NCBI GenBank assembly: GCA_963840035.1
Contig: CAWIXE010000002.1
Span: 992,099 to 1,056,098, forward strand
Direction: 5' to 3'
Source: a candidate division FCPU426 bacterium
GTDB lineage: Bacteria > Oederibacteriota > PGYV01 > Palsa-1178
Length of the DNA stretch: 64,000 nt
Positions 17,630-27,149 of this stretch are shown here, one piece after another. Position 1 is the first letter of the stretch, and every line of letters begins with the position of its first letter. The notes under the pieces were generated by a model that searched no databases, had not been told where the DNA came from, and saw only the letters and a program-made list of their open reading frames with translations. A program made the translations under genes and the position numbers.

Positions 17630-18481
17630 CTACCCAGCTTGAATTATCGTATTGTCAATCAACCTGGTTTTGCCCACATATATCGCTGCCGCGATTAAAG
17701 CGCTGCCGGTTATCTTTTCGAGCGGCTTTAATGTCTTAGCGTCGACTATCTCCACGTAATCTATCTCTATGTTTGATTCCTTTAGTTTCCTTCTTATTTC
17801 CTTCTTCAGCGTATCGCAGGACTTTTCCCCGAGTTCTATCATGCTTTCCGCCATCTGCAGCGACTTATAAAGCGCCGGCGCGGTATTGCGCTCCTCAGGC
17901 GTTAAGTACATGTTCCTGGAGCTCAGCGCGAGGCCGTCCTTTTCCCTGAAAATCGGGCACACCACAACCTCGGTCTGATAGTTCAGGTCGGCGGCCATCT
18001 TTGTCAGCACTACGGACTGCTGCGCGTCTTTCTGGCCCAGGTAAAGCCTGTCGGGTTTTACTATATTAAGGAGCTTAGTCACTATGGTAGTAACGCCCTT
18101 AAAATGTTCGGGCCTTGTAATGCCGCAAAGGCATTTTGTCATTTCATTTTCGAGCGCCACGTACGTGGCGTACCCTTCCGGGTACATCATGGCGTTGTCC
18201 GGCGTAAACACGCAGTCAACTTTTTTCGACGCCTTTAGCATTTTCAGGTCCTTCTTAATGGGCCTGGGATACTTTTCAAAATCCTCGCCGGCCCCGAACT
18301 GTGAGGGATTCACATAAATGCTTACTATGACCTTTTCATTTTGCTTATCAGCTGCCTCAACAAGCGACATGTGCCCTTCATGAAGCGCGCCCATAGTCGG
18401 GACGAACCCGATGGTATGGCTGCGTTTCTTCAGCTTTGCCGTGTATTCATGCATTTCACTTAAAGTACCGATAATTTTCAT
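17630..18481 (-). CDS. panC: pantoate--beta-alanine ligase
   Basis: 'GFVPTMGALHEGHMSLV' HIGH-type motif, 283 aa. Confidence 0.9.
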   Translation of the reverse strand: MKIIGTLSEMHEYTAKLKKRSHTIGFVPTMGALHEGHMSLVEAADKQNEKVIVSIYVNPSQFGAGEDFEKYPRPIKKDLKMLKASKKVDCVFTPDNAMMYPEGYATYVALENEMTKCLCGITRPEHFKGVTTIVTKLLNIVKPDRLYLGQKDAQQSVVLTKMAADLNYQTEVVVCPIFREKDGLALSSRNMYLTPEERNTAPALYKSLQMAESMIELGEKSCDTLKKEIRRKLKESNIEIDYVEIVDAKTLKPLEKITGSALIAAAIYVGKTRLIDNTIIQAG

Positions 18482-18518
18482 TTCGCTCCTTATAAAATTA
18501 CACTCATTTTCTCAGCCA

Positions 18519-18668
18519 GTCATTGCGATGAGGCGCCTATTACTTCGCCGACAAAGTCCTTCGACTTCGCTCAGGGCCATGAGCCTGTCGAATGGCAATC
18601 TGGCTGTTTTAGAACTTAAACCAGATTGCTTCGTCGCCATAAATCAAATACGGCTCCTCGCAATGACA
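18519..18668. repeat. ~150-bp palindromic MITE/REP-like intergenic element, copy 2
   Basis: TIRs 'gtcattgcgatgagg' / 'cctcgcaatgac'; shares identical 48-nt core with 2623..2780; sits between panC and panB. Confidence 0.75.
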
Positions 18669-18690
18669 GTCCTTAACATTCACGCCATGC

Positions 18691-19479
18691 TTAATAATAA
18701 TTCTTTTTACCCGGGAACTTCCTGCCTCTGACGTCAGCCGAGAATTTTTTTACGGCTGTCACGGTGCGCGCCGCTATCTTTTCATATTGTTTTACAAACG
18801 ACGGCTTGAAATCCTCAAACGCTCCGAGCATGTCGTGCGTGACAAGCACCTGTCCGTCGCACCATGGCCCCGCGCCTATGCCGATGACCGGCACTTTTAC
18901 AGCTTTTGTTATCTCAGCGGCTGTTTTTGCCTCTGTTTTTTCCAGGACAATCGAGAAAACGCCGGCTTTTTCCAGCTGCATGGCTTCCTGTATAAGGCGC
19001 TGCTTGTCTTCCTCTGTCCTTCCCTGCACCGGATACCCGCCGTATTTATTCACTGACTGGGGCTGAAGCCCTATGTGGCCCATGACAGGCACGCCTATGG
19101 CTACCAGCGCCTTAACCTGCGGGATTATCTCTGCCCCGCCTTCTATTTTTACGGCGGACGCGCCTGATTCTTTCATTAACTTTCCGCAGTTCTTCAGCGC
19201 GTCTTTTACGGAAGCCTGATACGTCATGAACGGCATATCAGCCACAACCATGGTTTTTAACGCGCCGCGCTTTACCGATTTCACGTGGTAAATAACCTCT
19301 TCAAGCGTAACCGGAAGAGTGTCTTTTATCCCCTGAAAAACCATTCCAAGGGAATCGCCCACCAGTATTATATCGACGCCTGATTTTTCGAGGTATGACG
19401 CCATCAGGTAATCATACGCGGTAAGCATAACTATCTTCTGTTTTGACTTAAGTGATTTGACGAACGGGGCGGTAAGCAT
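18691..19479 (-). CDS. panB: 3-methyl-2-oxobutanoate hydroxymethyltransferase
   Basis: 'KIVMLTAYDYLMASYLEKSGVDIILVGDSLGMVFQG' PanB signature. Confidence 0.9.
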   Translation of the reverse strand: MLTAPFVKSLKSKQKIVMLTAYDYLMASYLEKSGVDIILVGDSLGMVFQGIKDTLPVTLEEVIYHVKSVKRGALKTMVVADMPFMTYQASVKDALKNCGKLMKESGASAVKIEGGAEIIPQVKALVAIGVPVMGHIGLQPQSVNKYGGYPVQGRTEEDKQRLIQEAMQLEKAGVFSIVLEKTEAKTAAEITKAVKVPVIGIGAGPWCDGQVLVTHDMLGAFEDFKPSFVKQYEKIAARTVTAVKKFSADVRGRKFPGKKNYY

Positions 19480-20127
19480 TTATTTCTCCTGCCTCGGGGT
19501 GTAATAGTTTATGCCGCCTTTAATATTCAGCACATAATTTTTTATCATCTGGTAGGCCTTTTTGTCAGAGGCAAAATCCACCTCGTCAGTATTTACAATG
19601 GCAAGCGGCGCCGATGTAAACGTGGAGAAAAAGTGGTTATAGGCCTGCGTGAGGTTGTATAAGTATTCCTTGGAAACTGATTTTTCAAAACTGCGTCCGC
19701 GCTTTTTTATCCTTTCCATAAGCGTTTCAATGGAAGCCTGCAGATAAATCACCAGATCCGGCTTTGCCAGGTTGCCTTCGTTGACAACGCTGGAGTATAT
19801 CTTTTCATACAGGTTAAGTTCGTTTTCATTTAGGGTGATATACGCGAATATGCGGTCCTTTTCTATAAGGTAATCCGCCACTATCTTTTTTGAAAAGAGG
19901 TCCATCTGCTTTAAGGGTTCCTGCTGCATGGCGCGGTTGACCAGGAATGTAAGCTGGGTCTGAAGGGCAAACGTGTCCATATCCTTATAAAATTTCTCAA
20001 GGAAAGGGTTATTGTCAACCTGCTCTAATACGATCTTTGCCTCAAGGTCGTCCGCAAGCATCTTGGCAAAAGTGGTCTTGCCGACACCGAGGACCCCCTC
20101 AACCGCTATATAGTGAAAATCCTTCAT
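19480..20127 (-). CDS. deoxynucleoside kinase family protein
   Basis: P-loop 'IAVEGVLGVGKTTFAKML' and dNK-like layout, 215 aa. Confidence 0.75.
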   Translation of the reverse strand: MKDFHYIAVEGVLGVGKTTFAKMLADDLEAKIVLEQVDNNPFLEKFYKDMDTFALQTQLTFLVNRAMQQEPLKQMDLFSKKIVADYLIEKDRIFAYITLNENELNLYEKIYSSVVNEGNLAKPDLVIYLQASIETLMERIKKRGRSFEKSVSKEYLYNLTQAYNHFFSTFTSAPLAIVNTDEVDFASDKKAYQMIKNYVLNIKGGINYYTPRQEK

Positions 20128-20610
20128 TTACAGCTCTCCAATCTTTTTTACGGATTCGCTGAAATTGCCATTTTTTAAGAGTTCTTTTATTGTTAATTTA
20201 AGGGCCGGATGAACGAAATCCGCCGCTATTTCCGATAAAGGCTCAAGCACAAACCTTCTTGCCGCTATTTCAGGATGCGGAATTTTAAGTTTTTCGCTGT
20301 CTATAATTATATTCTTATAAAACAATATGTCAATATCTATAATACGCTGGCCCCACCTGTCCGACCTGACCCTTCCCATGTCTTTTTCAATCTTTTTGGC
20401 GGTTTCCAGCAGTTTTTCAGGGTCAAGCTGGGTTTCCACCTGCAGGCAGATATTGTTGTAATCAGGCTGGCTTTTGACGCCTACCGGCTCAGATTCATAT
20501 AAACCTGTCTTTTTTATTATGGTAACGCCATTCTTTTCAAGAAGATGAATAGCGGTACGCAGGTTGTCCGCCCTGCTGCCAATGTTGGTCCCGAGACAAA
20601 GGTATATCAT
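20128..20610 (-). CDS. folK: 2-amino-4-hydroxy-6-hydroxymethyldihydropteridine pyrophosphokinase (HPPK)
   Basis: 'IYLCLGTNIG...RIIDIDILFY' HPPK motifs, 160 aa. Confidence 0.85.
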   Translation of the reverse strand: MIYLCLGTNIGSRADNLRTAIHLLEKNGVTIIKKTGLYESEPVGVKSQPDYNNICLQVETQLDPEKLLETAKKIEKDMGRVRSDRWGQRIIDIDILFYKNIIIDSEKLKIPHPEIAARRFVLEPLSEIAADFVHPALKLTIKELLKNGNFSESVKKIGEL

Positions 20611-21770
20611 TACTTCTTCAGACCCACCTTTTTAAGCCTGTCTATGGCTTTCTGTATCTTATCCTCTTCCACTGTCAGCGCGATACGGAAATACCTGTCG
20701 CCCGAGAGGCCGAATCCGATGCCGGGCGTGATTACCATATCAGCTTCCTCAAGCACCTTTGTGCAGAATTCCATGGATGTGAAGCCTTCCGGCACTTTTA
20801 CCCAAAGATATAGCGTGCCTTTTGATTCAAGGACATCATAACCGAGCGTCTTTAAACCGGCTGTAAAAGCGGCTGCCCTGTTGCGGTAAAGCCCGCGTAT
20901 CTTAGCCGCTTCATCATCACAGTTTGCAAGCGTCCACGCGGCTGTTTCCTGTATGGCCGTAAATGTCCCCGAGTCCATGTTTTCCTTTACCTTGCCAAGC
21001 CCGTCTATGATCTTTTCCGCGCCCACGGCAAAGCCTATCCTCCATCCCGTCATGTTGTATGTTTTTGACATGGAGTAAAACTCGATTACGTGGTCCTTTG
21101 CCCCCTGTATCTGCAGCATGGAAATGGGCGGCGCCCCGAAATAAATTTCCGAATAGGGCGCGTCCTGGGCGATTATGAAATCGTACTTTTCCGCGTAAGA
21201 GAGCGCTTCCTCATAAAACTGATAATCAGCCATGGCTGATGTCGGGTTATTCGGATAGTTTAACCACATTATTTTTGTCTTTTTAAAGACATCTTCCGGT
21301 ATCAGGCTGAAATCAGGGAGAAAATTATTTTCCGCGATGAGCGGCATGACATGCGTCTTTCCTCCGGATAAAAGCGTGCCGGAAGTATAACCGGGATATC
21401 CGGGATCGGGCACAAGCACTATGTCGCCCGGATTAATGAACGCAAGCGGCAGGTGCGTGATACCGTCCTTTGCCCCTATCAGGCAGGCAACTTCCTTATC
21501 AGTGATGGCGACATCAAACCGCTTGTCCATCCAGTCAACAACAGCCTGCTTAAACTGCTTGCTTCCGCGGCCGATAGGATACTGGTGGTTCGACGCCTTT
21601 TGCACAGACTCTTTGAAGTTGTCAATGATGGCCTGCGGAGTCGGCCTGTCCGGGTCGCCTATGCCAAGGTCCAATATGTCCCTGCCCGCCTCTCGCGCGG
21701 CTTTTTTCTTCTTATCCAGTTCAACAAAGACATAGGGCGGTAAAGACTTTAGATTGTTTGAAAATTCCAT
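20610..21770 (-). CDS. dapL: class I PLP aminotransferase, LL-diaminopimelate aminotransferase-like
   Basis: N-terminus 'LPPYVFVELDKKK...GRDILDLGIGDPDRPTP' typical of DapL-type enzymes; located in a dapB-dapA-dapF-lysA cluster lacking dapD/dapC/dapE. Confidence 0.6.
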   Translation of the reverse strand: MEFSNNLKSLPPYVFVELDKKKKAAREAGRDILDLGIGDPDRPTPQAIIDNFKESVQKASNHQYPIGRGSKQFKQAVVDWMDKRFDVAITDKEVACLIGAKDGITHLPLAFINPGDIVLVPDPGYPGYTSGTLLSGGKTHVMPLIAENNFLPDFSLIPEDVFKKTKIMWLNYPNNPTSAMADYQFYEEALSYAEKYDFIIAQDAPYSEIYFGAPPISMLQIQGAKDHVIEFYSMSKTYNMTGWRIGFAVGAEKIIDGLGKVKENMDSGTFTAIQETAAWTLANCDDEAAKIRGLYRNRAAAFTAGLKTLGYDVLESKGTLYLWVKVPEGFTSMEFCTKVLEEADMVITPGIGFGLSGDRYFRIALTVEEDKIQKAIDRLKKVGLKK

Positions 21771-21868
21771 AACGTTCTCCTTCTTGGTAACCGCAACCTT
21801 TAGGCCGCGATACCGGGTATATTTTGTCCGCAGGCTGAAGCCTGCGACTACCGGAATTTAATGTATAA

Positions 21869-22630
21869 CTAGCGTACGTAGTTAATAAGTCGTCCTATTT
21901 CGCCTATTTCAACTTCCACTTTATCCCCGCGTTTCATGGGGCCAATCCCCGCTGGGGTTCCGGTGCTTATCACGTCTCCCCTGTTTAAGGTCATAACTTG
22001 CGATACAAAGCTCACTATTTTTCTCATTTTAAATATAAATTTCGACGTGTTCGAATCCTGCTTCAATTCTCCGTTTAAGTAAAGTTTTATATCCTGTTTG
22101 TCAGGATTTATATCTTTAACTATGTAAGGCCCGATCGGGGCGAATGTGTCGAACGACTTTGCCCTTGTCCACTGTCCGTCCACGCTCTGAAGGTCACGCG
22201 CGGTAATGTCGTTAAAGCACGTATACCCCAGGACGTTCATGTCCACCATGTCCTCGGAGATGTTTTTGCATGTGTTCTTGATTATTACCGCAAGCTCCGC
22301 CTCAAAATCCACGCGCGACGACATTTCCGGGTATATTATCTCGTCCATGTGGCCTATTAATGACGACGGCGGTTTCAAAAATATTACCGGTTCCTTTGGC
22401 TTGTCAGCTTTCATTTCCTTCGCGTGGTCGGAATAATTAAGCCCCACGCAAATAATCTTTGAAGGTTCGCATGGCGGCAGTATGCGCACCCTGCCGAACT
22501 CAATGACATTGGGCATGACCTTATACTGCGTATATATGTCGCCTTCTATATCGGTAATGTTCTTGTTATTATTAACTATACCCCACTGCGCCGGACTGCC
22601 TTCTATCGAATAACGCACGAACTTAAGCAT
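21869..22630 (-). CDS. fumarylacetoacetate hydrolase (FAH) family protein
   Basis: 'KIICVGLNYSDHAKEM...PVIFLKPPSSLIGH...FEAELAVIIK' FAH-fold motifs. Confidence 0.75.
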   Translation of the reverse strand: MLKFVRYSIEGSPAQWGIVNNNKNITDIEGDIYTQYKVMPNVIEFGRVRILPPCEPSKIICVGLNYSDHAKEMKADKPKEPVIFLKPPSSLIGHMDEIIYPEMSSRVDFEAELAVIIKNTCKNISEDMVDMNVLGYTCFNDITARDLQSVDGQWTRAKSFDTFAPIGPYIVKDINPDKQDIKLYLNGELKQDSNTSKFIFKMRKIVSFVSQVMTLNRGDVISTGTPAGIGPMKRGDKVEVEIGEIGRLINYVR

Positions 22631-22647
22631 GAAGACTCCTCAATGAT

Positions 22648-22764
22648 CGGGAATGGGGAATTGGGAATGGGGAATGGCAGACATAACATCCAGCCACAAA
22701 CCCAAAAACCAAATCCTTACGCCCTTTATTATTGCCATTCCCTATTGCCCATTCCCTATTCCCC
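22648..22764. repeat. simple-sequence imperfect inverted repeat filling the FAH-dapB intergenic region
   Basis: 'cgggaatggggaattgggaatggggaatggcag' vs 'ttgccattccctattgcccattccctattcccc'. Confidence 0.65.
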
Positions 22765-22766
22765 AC

Positions 22767-23546
22767 TTACAGCCCCAACACATCCGCCATCGTATACATG
22801 CCCGGCTGTTTGCCGGCTACAAACTTCGCCGCCTTTAAAGCGCCCATTGCCAGTGTTTCCCTGGAAAAAGCCGTATGTGATATTTCAAGCTTATCGCCCA
22901 TGGAACCGAATATGACTGTGTGCTCGCCGACTATGCCTCCGGCGCGTACCGCGAAGACTCCGATTTGATCCCTGTTTCTTTCATTATTCCTGCCGTCCCT
23001 GCCAAAGACCATGTTGGCTTTCGGGTCAAGCCCTTTTTCCCTGAGGATTACTTCCGCCGTTGTTAAAGCCGTGCCTGACGGCGCGTCTTTTTTCATCCTG
23101 TGATGGGATTCCACTATGTCAATATCATAATCTTCTTTTAATGCCTTTGTAGCCTCTTTGAGCAGCTTCCACATGACATTAATGCCGACGGAATAGTTTG
23201 AGGACAGGACTATGGGTATTTTCTTGGACGCGGTCTCAATCTCAAATAATTCATTCGCGTCAAATCCCGTAGTGCCGATCACCATGGGTTTCTTCGCCTC
23301 TACAAGCGCTTTTATGTGGTTAAGCGTGGCAACAGGCGTGGTAAAGTCTATAAAAACATCCGTGCCCGCTACGCCGGACTTCAGGTCATCGCTGATGGTA
23401 AACCCGTTTATGTTTCCGCCGACAGCTTTGTTTCCTTTCGCCTCAAGCAGCATGGAAATACGGAAATCATCCGGCTGCTGCGCGGCTGAAGATATAAGAG
23501 CCTGCCCCATACGGCCGGCCGCCCCGGAAATGCCTACTTTTAACAT
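22767..23546 (-). CDS. dapB: 4-hydroxy-tetrahydrodipicolinate reductase
   Basis: 'MLKVGISGAAGRMGQ' NAD(P) motif and 'ESHHRMKKDAPSGTA' catalytic motif. Confidence 0.9.
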   Translation of the reverse strand: MLKVGISGAAGRMGQALISSAAQQPDDFRISMLLEAKGNKAVGGNINGFTISDDLKSGVAGTDVFIDFTTPVATLNHIKALVEAKKPMVIGTTGFDANELFEIETASKKIPIVLSSNYSVGINVMWKLLKEATKALKEDYDIDIVESHHRMKKDAPSGTALTTAEVILREKGLDPKANMVFGRDGRNNERNRDQIGVFAVRAGGIVGEHTVIFGSMGDKLEISHTAFSRETLAMGALKAAKFVAGKQPGMYTMADVLGL

Positions 23547-23634
23547 AAAATCCTCCTTGTTAGTTCAAAGCCCAGAGACCAAAGCTCAAGTAAAACCTGA
23601 CTTGGGCTTTTTAACCTTGAGCTATGGGCTTGAT

Positions 23635-24513
23635 TTATATCTTTATCCCGTAATCCTTCATAGCTTTCTTAATCTTCTCGAGGTTTTCTCCGTCCGGAAC
23701 AGTCATCGGAAGCCTGATCTCGGTCTCTACTAATCCCATTAAGGCGGCGGCTGCTTTCACCGGGATCGGGTTTGTCTCTATGAACATCGCTTTTATCAGC
23801 GGGAACATTCTGTGGTGCATGGCCTGCGCTTTCTTAATGTCGCCTTTTTCAAAAGCCGTCACCATTTCTTTTACATCCTTCGGGATAATATTCGCGACAA
23901 CCGATATAATACCCTTTCCGCCTATGGCCAGCAGCGGGAGCGTGAGCGCGTCATCGCCCGAGAGCACGTCAAAATCAGGGCCGCACTGTTCTATGACTTC
24001 GCTCATCTGAGCGAGGTCTCCGCTTGCTTCCTTGACGCCTTTTATATTCGGGCATTCCTTGGCAAGCCTGGCAAGCGTTGAAGTGGCGACATTAACCCCT
24101 GTCCTGCCCAGTATGTTATAAACTATGACAGGTATCTTTACGGACTGCGAAATAGCTTTAAAGTGTTCATATAAACCCTTTTGCGTGGGCTTGTTGTAGT
24201 AAGGGTTTACCACGAGGGCCGCGTCAGCGCCCGCCTTTTCCGCCGCCTGCGTGTATTCGATGGCTTCAGCCGTGGAATTCGACCCTGTTCCGGCCATGAC
24301 CTTCATGCGCTTGTTCACAAGTTTTACTGTAAGCGCGATTAAGTGTTCATGTTCTTCAGGCGTTAAAGTCGGCGACTCGCCCGTTGTTCCCGCGGGCACA
24401 ATCCCGTCAGTGCCGGCGGCAGCGTGCATTTCAATGAGCCTCTTATAAGCTTCCTCGTCGAGCTTCCCGTTCTTAAACGGGGTTACGATTGCTACGTAGG
24501 ATCCGCTAAACAT
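23635..24513 (-). CDS. dapA: 4-hydroxy-tetrahydrodipicolinate synthase
   Basis: 'AIVTPFKNGKLDEEAYKRLIE...GTTGESPTL' DapA signature. Confidence 0.9.
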   Translation of the reverse strand: MFSGSYVAIVTPFKNGKLDEEAYKRLIEMHAAAGTDGIVPAGTTGESPTLTPEEHEHLIALTVKLVNKRMKVMAGTGSNSTAEAIEYTQAAEKAGADAALVVNPYYNKPTQKGLYEHFKAISQSVKIPVIVYNILGRTGVNVATSTLARLAKECPNIKGVKEASGDLAQMSEVIEQCGPDFDVLSGDDALTLPLLAIGGKGIISVVANIIPKDVKEMVTAFEKGDIKKAQAMHHRMFPLIKAMFIETNPIPVKAAAALMGLVETEIRLPMTVPDGENLEKIKKAMKDYGIKI

Positions 24514-24557
24514 GATAGACCTCCAGAAATTTTCAATTTTATATTTTCAATTTTCTA

Positions 24558-25370
24558 TTACCATTTTAATGCTTCAGGACCCGCCATGCCTTCGGCTACA
24601 ACCCTTGCGTTACCTTCAAGAAAAACATCATTAATTATGCCGCCGTTATCCTTGAAATATATCGTCAGTTTTCCGCCTTTGGCAAAGAGCGTTACCGGCG
24701 ATTTTGCCACGCCGTTTAAATACAGCGCGATGCCCGCGGCTGTCGCGCCTGTGCCGCACGCGTAAGTTTCAGCTTCCACTCCGCGCTCATACGTCCTTAT
24801 GGCGAATGAATTCTTGCCTGTTTTCTGGACAAAATTTACGTTTGTGCCCTTAGGGCCGAACACCCTGTGAAACCTGAGCATCCTTCCCGTCTTTGCCACA
24901 TCAACTTTTTTTATATCCTTAACCGGCACCACAAAATGCGGCACTCCGGTATTCATGAAAGCGCCTTCCACTCCGCCCGCTGTAACCGCTTTTTTTATGT
25001 CAAAAGGGTCTGTCATGCCAAGTTTCACTTCTCCGTTGGGCTTTACCTGGGCCGTATGCGGCCCGTCATTGGCCATGAACTTAACCGTCGTTCCGGAGTA
25101 TCCCTTCAGGTAAGAGAACCTGGAAATGCACCTCGCGCCGTTTCCGCACATGTCAGCTTCTTTGCCGTTGTTGTTATAAAACTTCATGGTAAAATCAAAT
25201 CCCTTTGAAGGCTTATTCAAAAGTATAAGCCCGTCAGCGCCTATGGAAAACCTGTTAGCGCAGAGCGCGGCTATTTCCTTAGCGGAAAGTTTTATCTTCC
25301 CCTTGTAATTGTCTATCACTATAAAATCATTCCCGTTGCCGGACATCTTGGTGAAGCGCAGTTCTTTCAT
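24558..25370 (-). CDS. dapF: diaminopimelate epimerase
   Basis: 'FTKMSGNGNDFIVIDN' and second-half Cys motif 'YERGVEAETYACGTGATAAG'. Confidence 0.9.
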   Translation of the reverse strand: MKELRFTKMSGNGNDFIVIDNYKGKIKLSAKEIAALCANRFSIGADGLILLNKPSKGFDFTMKFYNNNGKEADMCGNGARCISRFSYLKGYSGTTVKFMANDGPHTAQVKPNGEVKLGMTDPFDIKKAVTAGGVEGAFMNTGVPHFVVPVKDIKKVDVAKTGRMLRFHRVFGPKGTNVNFVQKTGKNSFAIRTYERGVEAETYACGTGATAAGIALYLNGVAKSPVTLFAKGGKLTIYFKDNGGIINDVFLEGNARVVAEGMAGPEALKW

Positions 25371-25382
25371 GAATTACTCCTT

Positions 25383-25466
25383 TGATATTTGATATGCGAT
25401 ATCGGATATTAGATATATATCCTTCTGCCTTCAACGTTTATATCTAATATCAAATATCCAATATCA
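25383..25466. repeat. simple-sequence imperfect inverted repeat between lysA and dapF
   Basis: 'gatatttgatatgcgatatcggatattagatata' vs 'tatatctaatatcaaatatccaatatc'. Confidence 0.65.
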
Positions 25467-25475
25467 CACATGCCC

Positions 25476-26717
25476 TTAAATCTCGTTTTCAACCAGCGTA
25501 TCGTAAGTCTCGCGTTTCCTTATGAGTTTGTGCTCGCTTCCGTCCACCATCACCTCAGCCGCGCGCGGCCTTGAGTTGTAATTGGACGCCATTACCATGC
25601 CGTACGCGCCTGTGGAGCGCACGCACAGGAGCTCCCCGTTTTCTATCTCAGGCATGTGCCTGTCTTTGGCGAGGAAATCCCCGCTCTCGCATATCGGGCC
25701 CACTATGTCGCATACCTGAAGCTTCGAGCCCTTCTTTACATTTACAGGCAGTATCTTGTGGTAAGAACCGTATAATGACGGCCTTATCAAGTCGTTCATG
25801 CCGGTATCGGTTATGATGAAGTTCTTCACGCGCCCTTTTTTATTGTAAGTCACCCTGGAAACAAGCACACCAGCGTTGCCGATGATGAATCTACCCGGCT
25901 CAAGAATCAGCTTTATATCCAGCCCTTCAAGGTACGGCTTTACAGCCTTGGCAAAGACATCGGCTGTCGCCGGTTTTTCCTCGTTGTAAATTATGCCGAG
26001 CCCGCCGCCGATATTAAGGTACTGTATCCGCACGCCTTCCTTACGCAGCTGCTTTACAAACTCGACTATCTTCGTCACCGCGCTTATGTACGGTATGGGC
26101 GTTGTTATCTGCGAGCCTATATGCATATCAACGCCGATCAGATTTATGTGCTTTAACTTCTTAGCGCTCTTATAAAGCCCCAGCGCCAGGTTTATGTCTA
26201 TGCCGAACTTTGATTCCTTCTTGCCTGTATTCACGTAAGCGTGCGTTAAAGCGTCGACGTCAGGATTAATACGCACCGCGATATCAGCCTTCCTTTTCAT
26301 GGACTTGGCTATATCATTTATGGCCTTTAACTCCTCCTGCGACTCCACGTTAAACATAAGTATGCCTGACTTTAAGGCGTACTTTATCTCTTCCTCGGTC
26401 TTGCCGACACCCGCGTATACTATCTTCTTGGGGTCCACACCGGTCCTTAAAGCCCTGAAAAGCTCGCCGCCCGAGACTATATCAAACCCCGCGCCTTCCT
26501 TTTTCATTTCCTTAAGTATGGCGCCGTTTGAATTGGCCTTAACCGAGTAGCATATAAGGGTATCCATACCCGCAAAAGCGTCCTTAACCTTCCTGAAATG
26601 CTCTAAAAAGGTCCTCTTGCTGTAGACATAAAGCGGCGTGCCGTACTTCTCAGCCAGCACGTTAATATCCACATTTTCCGCGTATAAAGTGTTCTTTTTG
26701 TAGTTAAAATAGTCCAT
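25476..26717 (-). CDS. lysA: diaminopimelate decarboxylase
   Basis: Start set at MDYFNYKK (RBS GGAGG upstream); 'YSVKANSNGAIL' PLP-lysine region; C-terminal 'CESGD' motif. Confidence 0.9.
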   Translation of the reverse strand: MDYFNYKKNTLYAENVDINVLAEKYGTPLYVYSKRTFLEHFRKVKDAFAGMDTLICYSVKANSNGAILKEMKKEGAGFDIVSGGELFRALRTGVDPKKIVYAGVGKTEEEIKYALKSGILMFNVESQEELKAINDIAKSMKRKADIAVRINPDVDALTHAYVNTGKKESKFGIDINLALGLYKSAKKLKHINLIGVDMHIGSQITTPIPYISAVTKIVEFVKQLRKEGVRIQYLNIGGGLGIIYNEEKPATADVFAKAVKPYLEGLDIKLILEPGRFIIGNAGVLVSRVTYNKKGRVKNFIITDTGMNDLIRPSLYGSYHKILPVNVKKGSKLQVCDIVGPICESGDFLAKDRHMPEIENGELLCVRSTGAYGMVMASNYNSRPRAAEVMVDGSEHKLIRKRETYDTLVENEI

Positions 26718-27097
26718 TTTAAGCCTCCGTAAATGCGTAAGTGTATAGTTTAAGAAATATAACATAATTGCGTTTTTTAGTCAATTTATAGATATAATGG
26801 CTGATTCGGGATTCTGGATTCTAAATTCTGGATTAAAACATCCCAAAACAATTTTACGCTTTATTTTAAAGCAATTTCCGGAAAACGGCAGACGGGAAGC
26901 TGATTTTTGAATAAGCTAAACGGGCACATAGTCATGCTTCACCTCCTGGTATATCCCAATCAAGCCGGCCCGCCAGACCAAAAACCAACCGTCAATTATA
27001 TCGCCTCAGCATCTCACATTATCACTGCAGCCTCCAGCACACCCCGTCAGCTAATTCAAAAATCAGCTTCCCGCCTGCCGCTTCTACGTGGTCTGTC

Positions 27098-27130
27098 TTA
27101 AAAAAAAAAAGCCCGGCTTTCGCCGGGCTT
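27098..27130 (-). terminator. Rho-independent terminator downstream of SPFH gene (bidirectional form)
   Basis: Hairpin 'gcccggctttcgccgggc' flanked by A11 on one side and T4 on the other; on minus strand GC stem followed by 11 U. Confidence 0.7.
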
Positions 27131-27149
27131 TTAAATTTCAGGATTTGTT

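Noticed and set aside
26718-27100. Lysine (L-box) riboswitch upstream of lysA
   Set aside because: I could not find the conserved L-box sequence blocks or helix arrangement by eye; kept only as an unclassified leader (see findings) pending a covariance-model scan.
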